From assembly GCF_000011465.1 (NCBI RefSeq), contig NC_005072.1, forward strand, positions 1,290,001 to 1,322,000: DNA of 32,000 nt, given 5' to 3'. This stretch comes from Prochlorococcus marinus subsp. pastoris str. CCMP1986 (lineage in GTDB: Bacteria > Cyanobacteriota > Cyanobacteriia > PCC-6307 > Cyanobiaceae). Shown here in pieces: positions 10,763 to 19,654 of the stretch. The notes under the pieces are model-generated. The model made no database searches. It was given only the letters and a program-made list of their open reading frames with translations, and was not told the DNA's origin. Position numbers and translations under genes: made by a program. Numbering within the stretch: the first letter of the stretch is position 1; every line of letters begins with the position of its first letter.

Positions 10763-11341
10763 ATGGTTTTTTTTAATTTGATGTCGATCGAAATGGTTTC
10801 TATTTTTTCATCACTAAACAAGTCTTTCAAAAGACTTCTTATTTTTCTTCCATTGATTATTGGTTTACTTCTTAATCCAATCTCTGCAAATGCCCTTTAT
10901 CCAAGTGATCCATCATCAGTAGATGGATTAAAAGAAGATCTTCATGGTGCAGATCTTCAAAATAATGAATATGTAAAATATGATTTATCTAATCAAGATT
11001 TAGGCGAAGCCAACCTACAAGGTGCCTATATGAGCGTAACAACTGCCAAGAACTCTAGTTTCAAAGGTGCCAATATGAAAGATCTTATTGCCTATGCAAC
11101 TCGTTTTGATAATGCTGATTTTTCAGATGCAAATCTGACAAATGGCGAGCTTATGAAAAGTGTTTTCGACGGAGCAACTATAGATGGAGCAGACTTTACT
11201 AATGCGAATCTTGATTTAAAAACAAGAAAATCATTATGCGAAAGGGCCTCTGGAACAAATTCACAGACAGGTGTTGATACTTTCGAGAGTCTTGAATGCT
11301 CAGGTTTAAGAGGTTATATGCCTCCAAAACCAAAAGCTTAA
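10763..11341 (+). CDS. pentapeptide-repeat protein with N-terminal signal peptide (lumenal or periplasmic type)
   Basis: It contains tandem A(D/N)LxG-type pentapeptides (ADLQNNEYVKYDLSNQDLGEANLQGAYM...ADFSDANLTNGEL...ADFTNANL). A signal-like stretch ends in ...ISANA. The true start is probably one of the internal ATGs at 10784 or 10793. Confidence 0.85.
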   Translation: MVFFNLMSIEMVSIFSSLNKSFKRLLIFLPLIIGLLLNPISANALYPSDPSSVDGLKEDLHGADLQNNEYVKYDLSNQDLGEANLQGAYMSVTTAKNSSFKGANMKDLIAYATRFDNADFSDANLTNGELMKSVFDGATIDGADFTNANLDLKTRKSLCERASGTNSQTGVDTFESLECSGLRGYMPPKPKA

Positions 11342-11350
11342 AAAAATATT

Positions 11351-11716
11351 TTAAATACTTTCTGGCAACACATTACCAGGTTCTTTTGAGCCTGGTTTTT
11401 TGCTGTACCACCATTCTTGGATTTCTGAAGAAAACTTCTTTGAGAATAGTGTTATTACCGTTTCTACAGGTTTTGATCCTGGTTCTAAAATTTGAACTGA
11501 ATACGATGGACATTTCCTTGAGGCCATATCTGCGACAAATCTAGCTCCTATTCTTCTCCAACTTGGCTCTTTACTGCGCCAGGCCAGCCTAGAACAAGGC
11601 CAAGGCAACTCTTCTCTGTCATATAGCCTGCAACATGGGCCAATCACTTTATAACTGAATTGACCACCGTAACTTGATTGGATTGCATCGGTTTTAAAAA
11701 ATTCAAATTTATTCAT
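11351..11716 (-). CDS. conserved hypothetical protein, Trp/Arg/Pro/Cys-rich
   Basis: 121-aa ORF whose codons raise local GC far above background, which suggests selection on the protein. I do not recognise the family. The overlapping plus-strand ORF 11296-11544 is judged a shadow. Confidence 0.65.
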   Translation of the reverse strand: MNKFEFFKTDAIQSSYGGQFSYKVIGPCCRLYDREELPWPCSRLAWRSKEPSWRRIGARFVADMASRKCPSYSVQILEPGSKPVETVITLFSKKFSSEIQEWWYSKKPGSKEPGNVLPESI

Positions 11717-11723
11717 TTATCCC

Positions 11724-11753
11724 AAAAAAAAGGCCACCTCATATGAGAATGGC
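11724..11753 (-). terminator. intrinsic terminator downstream of petF
   Basis: The minus-strand RNA reads GCCAUUCUCAUAUGAGGUGGCC followed by U8. The stem is GCCAU/GUGGC plus CUC/GAG with loop AUAU, and the U tract is the A-run at 11724-11731. It sits 45 nt after the petF stop. Confidence 0.6.
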
Positions 11754-11797
11754 AGAAAAATTTTAATAAAACAACTAACTAAAGTTATTTTTTATAA

Positions 11798-12097
11798 TTA
11801 ATAGAGCTCTTCTTCAGCATGAGTAGTAATTGTTACATCTGAAGATGGATATGCAACACAAGTAAGGACAAAACCAGCCTCTAATTGATCATCATCTAAA
11901 AAACTTTGGTCTGATTGATCAACAGTTCCTGATGTGATTTTACCTGCACATGTAGAACAAGCTCCTGCTCTACAAGAATATGGTAGATCGACACCCTGTT
12001 CTTCAGCAGCATCTAAAATGTACTGATCATCAGGTACTTCAATCGTAGAATTGAGACCTTCACTTTCACTGATAAGTGTAACTTTGTAAGAAGCCAT
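11798..12097 (-). CDS. petF: plant-type [2Fe-2S] ferredoxin I
   Basis: 99 aa with ASYKVTL...[20 protein letters not shown]...LTCVAYP, the canonical cysteine ligand pattern. Confidence 0.97.
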   Translation of the reverse strand: MASYKVTLISESEGLNSTIEVPDDQYILDAAEEQGVDLPYSCRAGACSTCAGKITSGTVDQSDQSFLDDDQLEAGFVLTCVAYPSSDVTITTHAEEELY

Positions 12098-12240
12098 TTA
12101 ATTTAAAAATTGATGGTAAAAATTTACCGTTAATACTTTTTTAACATTGTTTGTAGACATTTGCGTGCAAAGGGTGTAAAAAATGAAACAATACAATGCT
12201 AAAAGCGGGTTACATTAGAAAAACTTATGTATTTTTAAGA

Positions 12241-13143
12241 TTAGGGTATTTTTTGTGCTGTAATGCACACCCAATCTTTTTTAGAAGATACATCATTTAT
12301 TCGTAAATTACTAGCTTTTAATAATTTGATAATTTCATCTTTTTGTGAATTCAAGATTCCACTTAAAATAACTTCTCCATCAATTTTAAGGCAATTACGA
12401 ATGTCAGGGATTATGCCTTTTATAACTTCTGCAAGAATATTACACAAAATAAAATCAAAATTTTTCAAAGTATATTTTGAAACCAACCCATCAAATGATC
12501 CTAGATATGTTTTTAAATTATCAAGATTACCAAAATTCAGCCGAAAATTAGACTCAGTAGAATTTATTGCCAGATAATCATTATCAATAGAATAAATTTT
12601 GCTAGCCCCAAAAGATCTAGCGGCAATACTTAAAATACCACTACCAGAACCTATATCTAATATTTTCTTGCTAGATAATGAAATCTTTTCCAATTCTTCT
12701 AAGCAAAGAGATGTCGTGGGATGACTTCCTGTACCAAAAGCTGCTCCAGGATCTATTTTAATAACTTTCTTATTTTTATATTCCTCTGGTAATTCAAGCC
12801 AGCAAGGCAATATAAGTAAGTTATCCCCTACAATTTCTGGTCCCCAATATTTCTTCCAGCTTGATATCCAATCTTCCTGTTCAATAAGATTCCACTCAAA
12901 ACAATTGGTTTGATAATTGTTTTTATCTAAAACCTCTTTAATATTTCTTACGAGTTTAATTCTTAAACTTTCTGGCCAATTTAAATGTGGAAGCCAAATT
13001 ATTACTTTTTTATTATTTTTATTATTTAATAAAATTTCAAATGCGTAACTAGATATACCTAATTCATTCAATTTCCAAATAATAATTTCTTCTAAATTAG
13101 TTTCTATTTCAAAAGTAAGTTCATACCAATTTTTTATTTCCAT
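12241..13143 (-). CDS. prmA: ribosomal protein L11 methyltransferase
   Basis: 300 aa with [20 protein letters not shown] and SAM motif [15 protein letters not shown]. Confidence 0.92.
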
Positions 13144-13159
13144 TAACTACTCAAATTAT

Positions 13160-14746
13160 TTATAAAGTTACTGGATCAGAACTAGTGATTCCCTCAACTT
13201 CAAGAATTGATTCAAGCAAATTTGTAGGAATAGGATCATCAATACTTAAAACCATAACAGCTTCTCCTCTGACAATTTTTCTACCAACTTGCATTGAGGC
13301 AATATTGACATTGTGGTCCCCTAGGAGGGAACCTAACTTTCCAATAATGCCCGGCATATCTCTATGCCTAGTTATAAGCATAAATCTACTAGGAGAAACA
13401 TTAACTGGATATTGATCAATGCTAATTATTCTCAATTCACCATCAGCAAAAATGCTTCCTGCAACACTATGCTCACCATTATCTCCAAATGTAGTTAATT
13501 GAAGTGAACCGCTAGCAAATTCCGGTCTAGCCTCGTCTTTACTTTCAACTACTGAAATACCTCTAGACTCTGCTTCAAGAGAAGCGTTAACATAATTTAT
13601 TCGATCACCTAGAGCCTTACTTAATAGACCTTTTAAACTGGCTATGATTAAAGGCTGTGAAGGGTGTTGCACAAATTCACCTTGAAGCCTTACCTCTAAC
13701 TTTTGAATTTGTCCTCCAGAAAGTTGGCTTATTAAAAGGCCCATTGTTTCAGCTAATTGCAAATGAGGTTTAAGGCTATCCATAATATCAGGACTTAAAC
13801 CCGGAATATTTACTGCTGTTCGTGCAGAAAGTCCCAAAAGAACATCTCTTATTTGTTCAGCAACATCTACAGCAACATTCTCTTGAGCTTCCCTAGTTGA
13901 TGCTCCTAAATGAGGTGTAAGGATTAAATTTTTATCAACTTTAAGTAGTGGTGAATTGGAGTCTAATGGCTCTTTAGCAAACACATCAATCGCGGCTCCT
14001 CCTATCAATGAATTATTAAGTGCCTCAGCTAAAGCTTCTTCATCAATTATTCCCCCACGTGCACAGTTTATTAATTTTGCATTTTTTTTCATACTTTTAA
14101 GCACCTTCATATTTACGAGGTTTTCTGTTTCTGAAGTCCTCGGCAAATGTAAAGTTACATAATCAGATTCCTCAAACAATGTTTTTAATTCGGACAATCT
14201 GACCTGTAATTGTTGTGCTCTTTCTGAGGAAACAAATGGATCATATCCATAAACATCCATTTCAAGAGCATTGGCAACTTTTGCGACATGAGTTCCTATT
14301 TTTCCTAAACCTACAACACCTAGCTTTTTCTTAAACAACTCATTACCAACAAATTTTTTTCTTTCCCATTTACCCAAAAAAGTACTACTATTTGCAATTG
14401 GTATATTTCTTGATAATGCCAACATCATTGCAATTGTATGCTCGGCAGCAGCTATGGTATTCCCTCCCGGAGAATTAACAACGAGTACTCCCTTTTGAGT
14501 AGCTGCCTTAACATCCACATTATCTACACCAACCCCAGCTCTTCCAATTATTCTTAGTTTCTTAGAAGAGTTAATAATATCTCCTGTAACTTGAGTGCCT
14601 GAGCGTATCATAAGAGCATCATAATCATGGATAATAGATGCCAATTCAGAGTTCGAGATTCCTATCTTCTGATCAACTTGAGCGACTTGGGAGAGAATAT
14701 CAATTCCCTTTTGATCAATTGGGTCTGTAATTAAAACTTTTGTCAT
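13160..14746 (-). CDS. serA: D-3-phosphoglycerate dehydrogenase (long form with ACT domain)
   Basis: 528 aa with a Rossmann motif (GVVGLGKIGTHVA), catalytic-region motifs (NCARGGIIDE, TPHLGAST) and a C-terminal ACT-like segment. It is 16 nt upstream of prmA on the same strand. Confidence 0.95.
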   Translation of the reverse strand: MTKVLITDPIDQKGIDILSQVAQVDQKIGISNSELASIIHDYDALMIRSGTQVTGDIINSSKKLRIIGRAGVGVDNVDVKAATQKGVLVVNSPGGNTIAAAEHTIAMMLALSRNIPIANSSTFLGKWERKKFVGNELFKKKLGVVGLGKIGTHVAKVANALEMDVYGYDPFVSSERAQQLQVRLSELKTLFEESDYVTLHLPRTSETENLVNMKVLKSMKKNAKLINCARGGIIDEEALAEALNNSLIGGAAIDVFAKEPLDSNSPLLKVDKNLILTPHLGASTREAQENVAVDVAEQIRDVLLGLSARTAVNIPGLSPDIMDSLKPHLQLAETMGLLISQLSGGQIQKLEVRLQGEFVQHPSQPLIIASLKGLLSKALGDRINYVNASLEAESRGISVVESKDEARPEFASGSLQLTTFGDNGEHSVAGSIFADGELRIISIDQYPVNVSPSRFMLITRHRDMPGIIGKLGSLLGDHNVNIASMQVGRKIVRGEAVMVLSIDDPIPTNLLESILEVEGITSSDPVTL

Positions 14747-14848
14747 TTAAAGAGTTGTTCTTTAATTTTTTTACTTTAACTTAATCTATAGTAGAGATAT
14801 CTTGTTTTATTAATTTGAATCAACAAACCAACATTTGAGGAATGAAAA

Positions 14849-15415
14849 TTGACTAAAAGTATAGTGATATTTAATGAGTTAGAAAAATGCCTTGATCTAT
14901 TAAATGTTTTCAAGGACAAATCAATATTTCTAACAGAATGTTTATTAATTTTGCCATCTAAAGAAAAAACAACTCCTGATCAACAACAATTATTAAATTT
15001 ATCCACAAATAGCTTCTTTAAATCTGAAGAAATTGAAAACATAAGAATCCTAAACCCAAAACTTGATAGAAAAATAAGACAGAAAAATATGCGTAACTGG
15101 CTAATGCCATTTGGTTTTATAGCAGGCATAGCATTTTCTAATATGACAAACTTATCCACTTTTAGCTTCCTTGGATTAAACAATATAGGAGAATCTTTCA
15201 TGGGTGGTCTTTTGGGTATGGGCTCAGGATATTTAGGTAGCATTGTATCTTCAGCAAGTATTAACGTTAATAGAAATAAAGAGTTGAGATCTATTATTGA
15301 TTTCAATAAAGAAGGAAAATGGCTTGTTCTTCTTGAAAATCAAATAGGAACTGAGTTACCCTGGGCTTTAATAAAACAATCAGACCCTAGAGACATTATT
15401 TTTATAGAAGGCTAA
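14849..15415 (+). CDS. hypothetical protein with a Gly-rich hydrophobic core (putative membrane protein)
   Basis: 188-aa ORF with a TTG start preceded by GAGGA 7 nt upstream. Its stop directly abuts the next ATG (TAAATG). It has a hydrophobic Gly-zipper-like stretch (GGLLGMGSGYLGSIV). Confidence 0.6.
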   Translation: MTKSIVIFNELEKCLDLLNVFKDKSIFLTECLLILPSKEKTTPDQQQLLNLSTNSFFKSEEIENIRILNPKLDRKIRQKNMRNWLMPFGFIAGIAFSNMTNLSTFSFLGLNNIGESFMGGLLGMGSGYLGSIVSSASINVNRNKELRSIIDFNKEGKWLVLLENQIGTELPWALIKQSDPRDIIFIEG

Positions 15416-16207
15416 ATGATTGACTTGAAGGAATTACTAATAAATTCAAATTACAAAAAAGAAATTGAGGAATTAATAAATATTTCTAATTTATCTTTAA
15501 AACATTGGCAAACATATTGGACCGGGTTTAATTCAACATTTGTGTGTGAAGAAATTTTGAAAGAATTTGAAAATTTAAATGATTTTAAATTTTTTGTTTT
15601 TGGAGGATATAATTCAGCCCAAAGATCCAAGATTGCATGTTTTAGAGAAGATAATACCCCAGAGAAAAATGAACTGATTAAAGATTTCCCTGCGAAAGGT
15701 TTTCAAATGAATGGTAATTTTTTGTTTGACAATGCAACTCAGGATGACTTTAGATCCCTATTAGTGGATAATGGATTGAGGGAAGAAAGAATTGGTGATA
15801 TTTGGACCATAGGCGATAGAGGAGCTCAAGGAATAATCGACGATTCAAAAATTGAATTCTTAGATGAAAAGATTTTCTCCCTAAGAGATGTAAAAGTAAA
15901 AATAAAAATAGTATCTTTAGATGAATTACAAATACCTGCTGGGAGATCAAAAAAAATAATTAATACGGTAGAGGCTTCAACAAGGATAGATGCGATAGCT
16001 TCTGCAGGTTTCCGAATCTCTAGGAACAAAATTTTGGAAAGGATAGAAACTGGAATGCTTAAATTAAATGGTAAGACAGTAAAGAAAGGTACTATTAGTT
16101 TAAAAGTTGGCGACAAACTTCAACTTGATAACAAAGGGTTTATTGAAATTCTAGATTTAGAAATAACTAAAAGAGAAAGATGGAAAATTAAGTTACTTAG
16201 AAAATGA
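15416..16207 (+). CDS. S4-domain RNA-binding protein (YlmH / cyanobacterial 'PSII S4 domain protein' type)
   Basis: 263 aa with a C-terminal S4-like segment (RIDAIASAGFRISRNKILERIETGMLKLNGKTVKKGTISLKVGDKLQL). Confidence 0.75.
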   Translation: MIDLKELLINSNYKKEIEELINISNLSLKHWQTYWTGFNSTFVCEEILKEFENLNDFKFFVFGGYNSAQRSKIACFREDNTPEKNELIKDFPAKGFQMNGNFLFDNATQDDFRSLLVDNGLREERIGDIWTIGDRGAQGIIDDSKIEFLDEKIFSLRDVKVKIKIVSLDELQIPAGRSKKIINTVEASTRIDAIASAGFRISRNKILERIETGMLKLNGKTVKKGTISLKVGDKLQLDNKGFIEILDLEITKRERWKIKLLRK

Positions 16208-16261
16208 ATCCTTGAGCTGCTATTTTCATATAGGGAGTTCAAATATTTAACTTTTTCAAAA

Positions 16262-16333
16262 GGGCGATTAGCTCAGCGGTAGAGCATTACCTCGACAAGG
16301 TAGTGGTCACTGGTTCGAATCCAGTATCGCCCA
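16262..16333 (+). tRNA. tRNA-Val, anticodon GAC; CCA not encoded
   Basis: I folded the cloverleaf by hand. The acceptor stem is GGGCGAT/ATCGCCC and the D stem is GCTC/GAGC with an AGCGGTA loop. The anticodon stem is TTACC/GGTAG with loop T-C-GAC-A-A. The variable loop is TGGTC, the T arm is ACTGG-TTCGAAT-CCAGT, and the discriminator is A. Confidence 0.9.
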
Positions 16334-16398
16334 TTAGATTATTTATGAATGCAAGAAGATCCACAAATAATACTTTCGTTTTTTAGATTAATTAGAAA

Positions 16399-17022
16399 AT
16401 GAAACTTAACCAAATAATCAACCTGCATAAAGGCTTAACTCTGTTTGTTGTGGCAGGGTTAATGATTTTTTATAAAAATTATTCAATTGCTGCATGGGTT
16501 TATTTATCTTTGCATGGAACTTATGGAATACTTTGGTTGTTAAAAGAAAAAATATTTCCAGATCCATATTTTAAAGAAAAAATAAATTTCATAACTTCAA
16601 TTACTGGGTTTATTTTCCTTGGTAGTTACTGGATAGCTCCATTTATTCTCATTTCCTCCCAAAAATCAGTTTCATATCCCATAATTGCAGCTTCTATTTC
16701 AATAAATATAATTGGTGTTTTTCTTCATTTTGCAAGTGATGCTCAAAAATATTTCACTCTTAAAATCAATAAAGAACTTATTAAAGATGGATTTTTCAAA
16801 AATATAAGAAATACAAATTACCTTGGTGAAATACTAATTTATTTATCATTTGCTATCCTTTCTGTGAGTTTTATACCTTTTGCTATTCTTGCTTTATTTT
16901 TCTTTGGAGTCTTTCTACCAAGAATGCTAAAAAAGGACAAATCACTTACAAAATATGCTTCATTTGCGGAATATAAGCGAATTAGTGGTTTACTTTTACC
17001 CAAATTTAATGAAGGAAATTAA
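16399..17022 (+). CDS. polytopic membrane protein, DUF1295 / steroid 5-alpha-reductase / ICMT-like superfamily
   Basis: 207 aa with about 5 hydrophobic helices. The C-terminal motif NIRNTNYLGEILIYLSFAI is characteristic of this superfamily. The assignment is from motif memory. Confidence 0.7.
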   Translation: MKLNQIINLHKGLTLFVVAGLMIFYKNYSIAAWVYLSLHGTYGILWLLKEKIFPDPYFKEKINFITSITGFIFLGSYWIAPFILISSQKSVSYPIIAASISINIIGVFLHFASDAQKYFTLKINKELIKDGFFKNIRNTNYLGEILIYLSFAILSVSFIPFAILALFFFGVFLPRMLKKDKSLTKYASFAEYKRISGLLLPKFNEGN

Positions 17023-17560
17023 AATTCCAATATGGAGGCAGGAGTTAAAAGCTGCGAGAAAAAAAGAAGGTAAATTACCCTCAAGTAGGTGGTTTCAACT
17101 TTGTACTATTAACGAGGATAACGAACCTAGATTACGTACGGTAGTTTTTAGAGGATGGCAAAGTGAAAGTTCAATCCTTATTTTTACTGATAGCCGCAGC
17201 GAAAAAGTTGCTCAATTAAAATTAAACTCCAACGCAGAGGTTTTATGGCTTTTTTTTAAAAGCAAATCACAATTCAGATTTAAAGGAAAAATGAAGGAGT
17301 TAAAGGAAAACATGAAATATTGGGATTCGTTATCAGATAGATGCAAATCAACTTGGTTTTGGCAACATCCAGGAAAACAGATTAATAAGAATATTTGCAC
17401 TTCTCAAATAATTTCTAGTGATTTAAATAAACCAGAAAGTTTTGTTGTATTAGAATTTGAAATATATTCTGTAGATCTCCTTAAATTAGTAATGCCTATC
17501 CACAAGAGGTATGTATGGCATAAGGAAAATAATTGGAAAAGAATGGAAATAAATCCATAA
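17009..17560 (+). CDS. pyridoxamine 5'-phosphate oxidase-like FMN-binding protein
   Basis: The track ORF starts at 16955, but the first plausible start is the ATG at 17009 (MKEIKIPIWRQELKAARK...). RWFQLCTINEDNEPRLRTVVFRGW resembles the PNPOx split-barrel N-terminus. It overlaps the upstream gene by 14 nt. Confidence 0.7.
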   Translation: MKEIKIPIWRQELKAARKKEGKLPSSRWFQLCTINEDNEPRLRTVVFRGWQSESSILIFTDSRSEKVAQLKLNSNAEVLWLFFKSKSQFRFKGKMKELKENMKYWDSLSDRCKSTWFWQHPGKQINKNICTSQIISSDLNKPESFVVLEFEIYSVDLLKLVMPIHKRYVWHKENNWKRMEINP

Positions 17561-17635
17561 AATATTTCTAAATTGTTTACTTAGGTTGAAAAAATTAAAT
17601 AGATCGGTCAGTTTTATAAAAGAAATATTAACCAT

Positions 17636-17803
17636 ATGAATTTCTCTGAAATTCCTGAAAATCCTTTAATCTTTTTATCTTGGGTGACAGCTTTGGGACT
17701 TTTCTTAAGTTTAACTGAAGCGACTTTAAAAATTAAATTTGAAAAAATAAATTCATTACAAAAAAAACAGGAATTTATTGATAGTCTTTATCCAAAAATT
17801 TAA
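17636..17803 (+). CDS. possible 55-aa single-helix membrane protein
   Basis: I read MNFSEIPENPLIFLSWVTALGLFLSLTEATLKIKFEKINSLQKKQEFIDSLYPKI*. It is below the track cutoff, and its stop overlaps the stop of the convergent DoxX gene. There is no homology evidence. Confidence 0.3.
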   Translation: MNFSEIPENPLIFLSWVTALGLFLSLTEATLKIKFEKINSLQKKQEFIDSLYPKI

Positions 17804-18360
17804 TTTGAAGTATCTGAGAGTAGGTTAGCTTGTAGGAATTGGAAGATACCACCTTTATTAGTTGAATCCTCTTGACTGATTGATTTACCATTATTTGCTT
17901 TAGTTTTTACTGTTTCTTGAATATCTTCTTCAGCAGATTCAGATCTCAATACTCTTATTATTACTTCATCAATTGAGAAATCTCCAGGACCTGTTAGTGC
18001 TATTGAGGTAGCTGAGGCGAAATAAAGTAGTAAAAGTTCTAACAAGAAAATATTAAATCCCGATGTTACTAGAGCATGATAGATAGCAACCGATATAGTA
18101 CCAACTATTGCTAATGCACCAAATCTTGTAGCTAAACCAAGTATTAATAACCAGCTTCCACCAATTTCTGAAAATGCAGCTACATATGATAAAAATATTG
18201 GGAAAGGTAAGTGTAAGGGTCTGACAAAAGCATCAGCAAAATTATCTATATTAGCTAGCTTTTCAAATCCATGATGAATTAAAACTGTACCAGTAATTAC
18301 TCTTAAGATTAATAAAGCTGTATCTTTGCTGAATGATTTTGTAAGAATTGTTGAAAGCAC
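17800..18360 (-). CDS. DoxX-family membrane protein
   Basis: 186 aa. LLILRVITGTVLIHHGFEKL and four hydrophobic helices are typical of DoxX. It has a hydrophilic C-terminal tail. Confidence 0.75.
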   Translation of the reverse strand: MLSTILTKSFSKDTALLILRVITGTVLIHHGFEKLANIDNFADAFVRPLHLPFPIFLSYVAAFSEIGGSWLLILGLATRFGALAIVGTISVAIYHALVTSGFNIFLLELLLLYFASATSIALTGPGDFSIDEVIIRVLRSESAEEDIQETVKTKANNGKSISQEDSTNKGGIFQFLQANLLSDTSN

Positions 18361-18514
18361 TATAAAATGTATTTCTTAAGTAAAAATAACTAGCCACATT
18401 ATTCATCGTGGATTAAACCATAAAACTGATCTTGAATTAAGTATTTATACCTAATGATTTGCGTATTTAGAATTTTTAGCTTTTTAAAAAGCTATTACAT
18501 TTCAAAAATTTCCA

Positions 18515-19654
18515 TTAATAATTTTGAAAAACATATTGATTAATTTTGGGTATATTTTCTTTGAATTTAAAGAACCCTTTTTTGGCAAACTTCCAAGCAA
18601 ATAAGTCTTGATCTCTTACTAAATTAAAAATCACCTTATTATTTAACTTCTTAAAACTATTCATAAAATCGTTATTTTCACCAACACCAGGATAAATCAT
18701 ATCTAAATGATCAATATTAACCAATGTCTCTTTTAGTTTTAAAGGATCAATCTGAGTAACATTATCAAATTGCTTTATGAATTCAAGAACTATTTGTTGT
18801 TTGAAACTCAAAACTGCTTCAGATAATTTTATTTTTCTTTGATCATTACTTAGTAGGATAATAAAAACGCTCTTGTAATTTCGTAGTGTATTTTCAAGAG
18901 TTGAAACATGTAAATCGTTTTCAAATAATATAAGGGTTTCTGACTTTTGTTCCATATTGCTTTTATAAATCTCATCATCAAGTGGGATTTGATTTTTTTC
19001 TTCAAGAAAGATTTGCCTATTACTAATTTTCTCAACATTGAATCTATTATTTGAAAATTTTCTTAGATTTGCTGAGGAAAAACGATATTGCTTTCCTTTT
19101 GTTTGTAACCCTGCAACCCATCTCCAACTCAAAAGATTCGAGGCAGCATCTCCATCATAAAGATGTTTAAAGAAAAAACTTGCGCCTAATTGCCAGGGCA
19201 GACCTAAATTAAAAATCCAAGTACTAGCAAACCACATACGAGTATGATTGTGTAAGTAGTTATAAGTTTTTAACTCATTAACCCATGAATTGAAAAAACC
19301 TAATTCTGAGTTTCCATTTATTGCTTTTTCATAGGTTTCAATATCGTATTCATAATTGTTTTCTGAAATAAAATTACACCACACCTTTGGTCTATTTTCC
19401 ATCCAACCTTGCCAATAAATTCTCCAATAAATCTCTTCAACAAATTTATTAATCTTTTGAGAACGATATTTCTTTTTAACCTCTTCAAGCAATTCGTATT
19501 CTAATAAAACTCTATGGGAAATATAAGGTGATAATTTTGAAACGGAGCTTTTATTAGTTGGGCCATAATCAAAACTACGAAGTTTTTCGTAGTTTGTGAT
19601 TTTATTCTCTAAAAAATCATCCCACTTTTCCTGAGCATCTAAAAGTAATGACAT
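18515..19654 (-). CDS. photolyase/cryptochrome-family FAD-binding-domain protein, atypical architecture
   Basis: 379 aa. Its first half carries photolyase helical-domain motifs (SKLSPYISHRVL, EEIYWRIYWQGW, HNHTRMWFASTW, LYDGDAASNLLSWRWVAG). No N-terminal alpha/beta domain precedes them. Confidence 0.75.
   Translation of the reverse strand: MSLLLDAQEKWDDFLENKITNYEKLRSFDYGPTNKSSVSKLSPYISHRVLLEYELLEEVKKKYRSQKINKFVEEIYWRIYWQGWMENRPKVWCNFISENNYEYDIETYEKAINGNSELGFFNSWVNELKTYNYLHNHTRMWFASTWIFNLGLPWQLGASFFFKHLYDGDAASNLLSWRWVAGLQTKGKQYRFSSANLRKFSNNRFNVEKISNRQIFLEEKNQIPLDDEIYKSNMEQKSETLILFENDLHVSTLENTLRNYKSVFIILLSNDQRKIKLSEAVLSFKQQIVLEFIKQFDNVTQIDPLKLKETLVNIDHLDMIYPGVGENNDFMNSFKKLNNKVIFNLVRDQDLFAWKFAKKGFFKFKENIPKINQYVFQNY

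Noticed and set aside
11296-11544. 82-aa plus-strand ORF overlapping the end of the pentapeptide gene and the 121-aa minus-strand gene.
   Set aside because: It starts inside the pentapeptide-repeat gene in another frame. It is kept open only by the GC-rich stretch of the opposite-strand gene. Its sequence is hydrophobic and low-complexity.
12115-12128. Small hairpin (GGTAAA-AA-TTTACC) in the petF 5' leader.
   Set aside because: The stem is only 6 bp, AT-rich, and has a 2-nt loop, which is sterically implausible as RNA. It is likely coincidental.
16955-17008. N-terminal extension of the PNPOx-like ORF as given in the track (start 16955).
   Set aside because: It would overlap the DUF1295 gene by 68 nt. 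The extension (MLHLRNISELVVYFYPNL) is simply the alternative frame of that gene's C-terminus, and the ATG at 17009 gives a sensible N-terminus.
18477-18494. Perfect 18-nt palindrome TAGCTTTTTAAAAAGCTA just downstream of the photolyase-family gene, a possible bidirectional terminator.
   Set aside because: The stem is almost entirely A/T and is not followed by a U-tract on either strand. AT-only palindromes of this size are expected by chance at about 30% GC.
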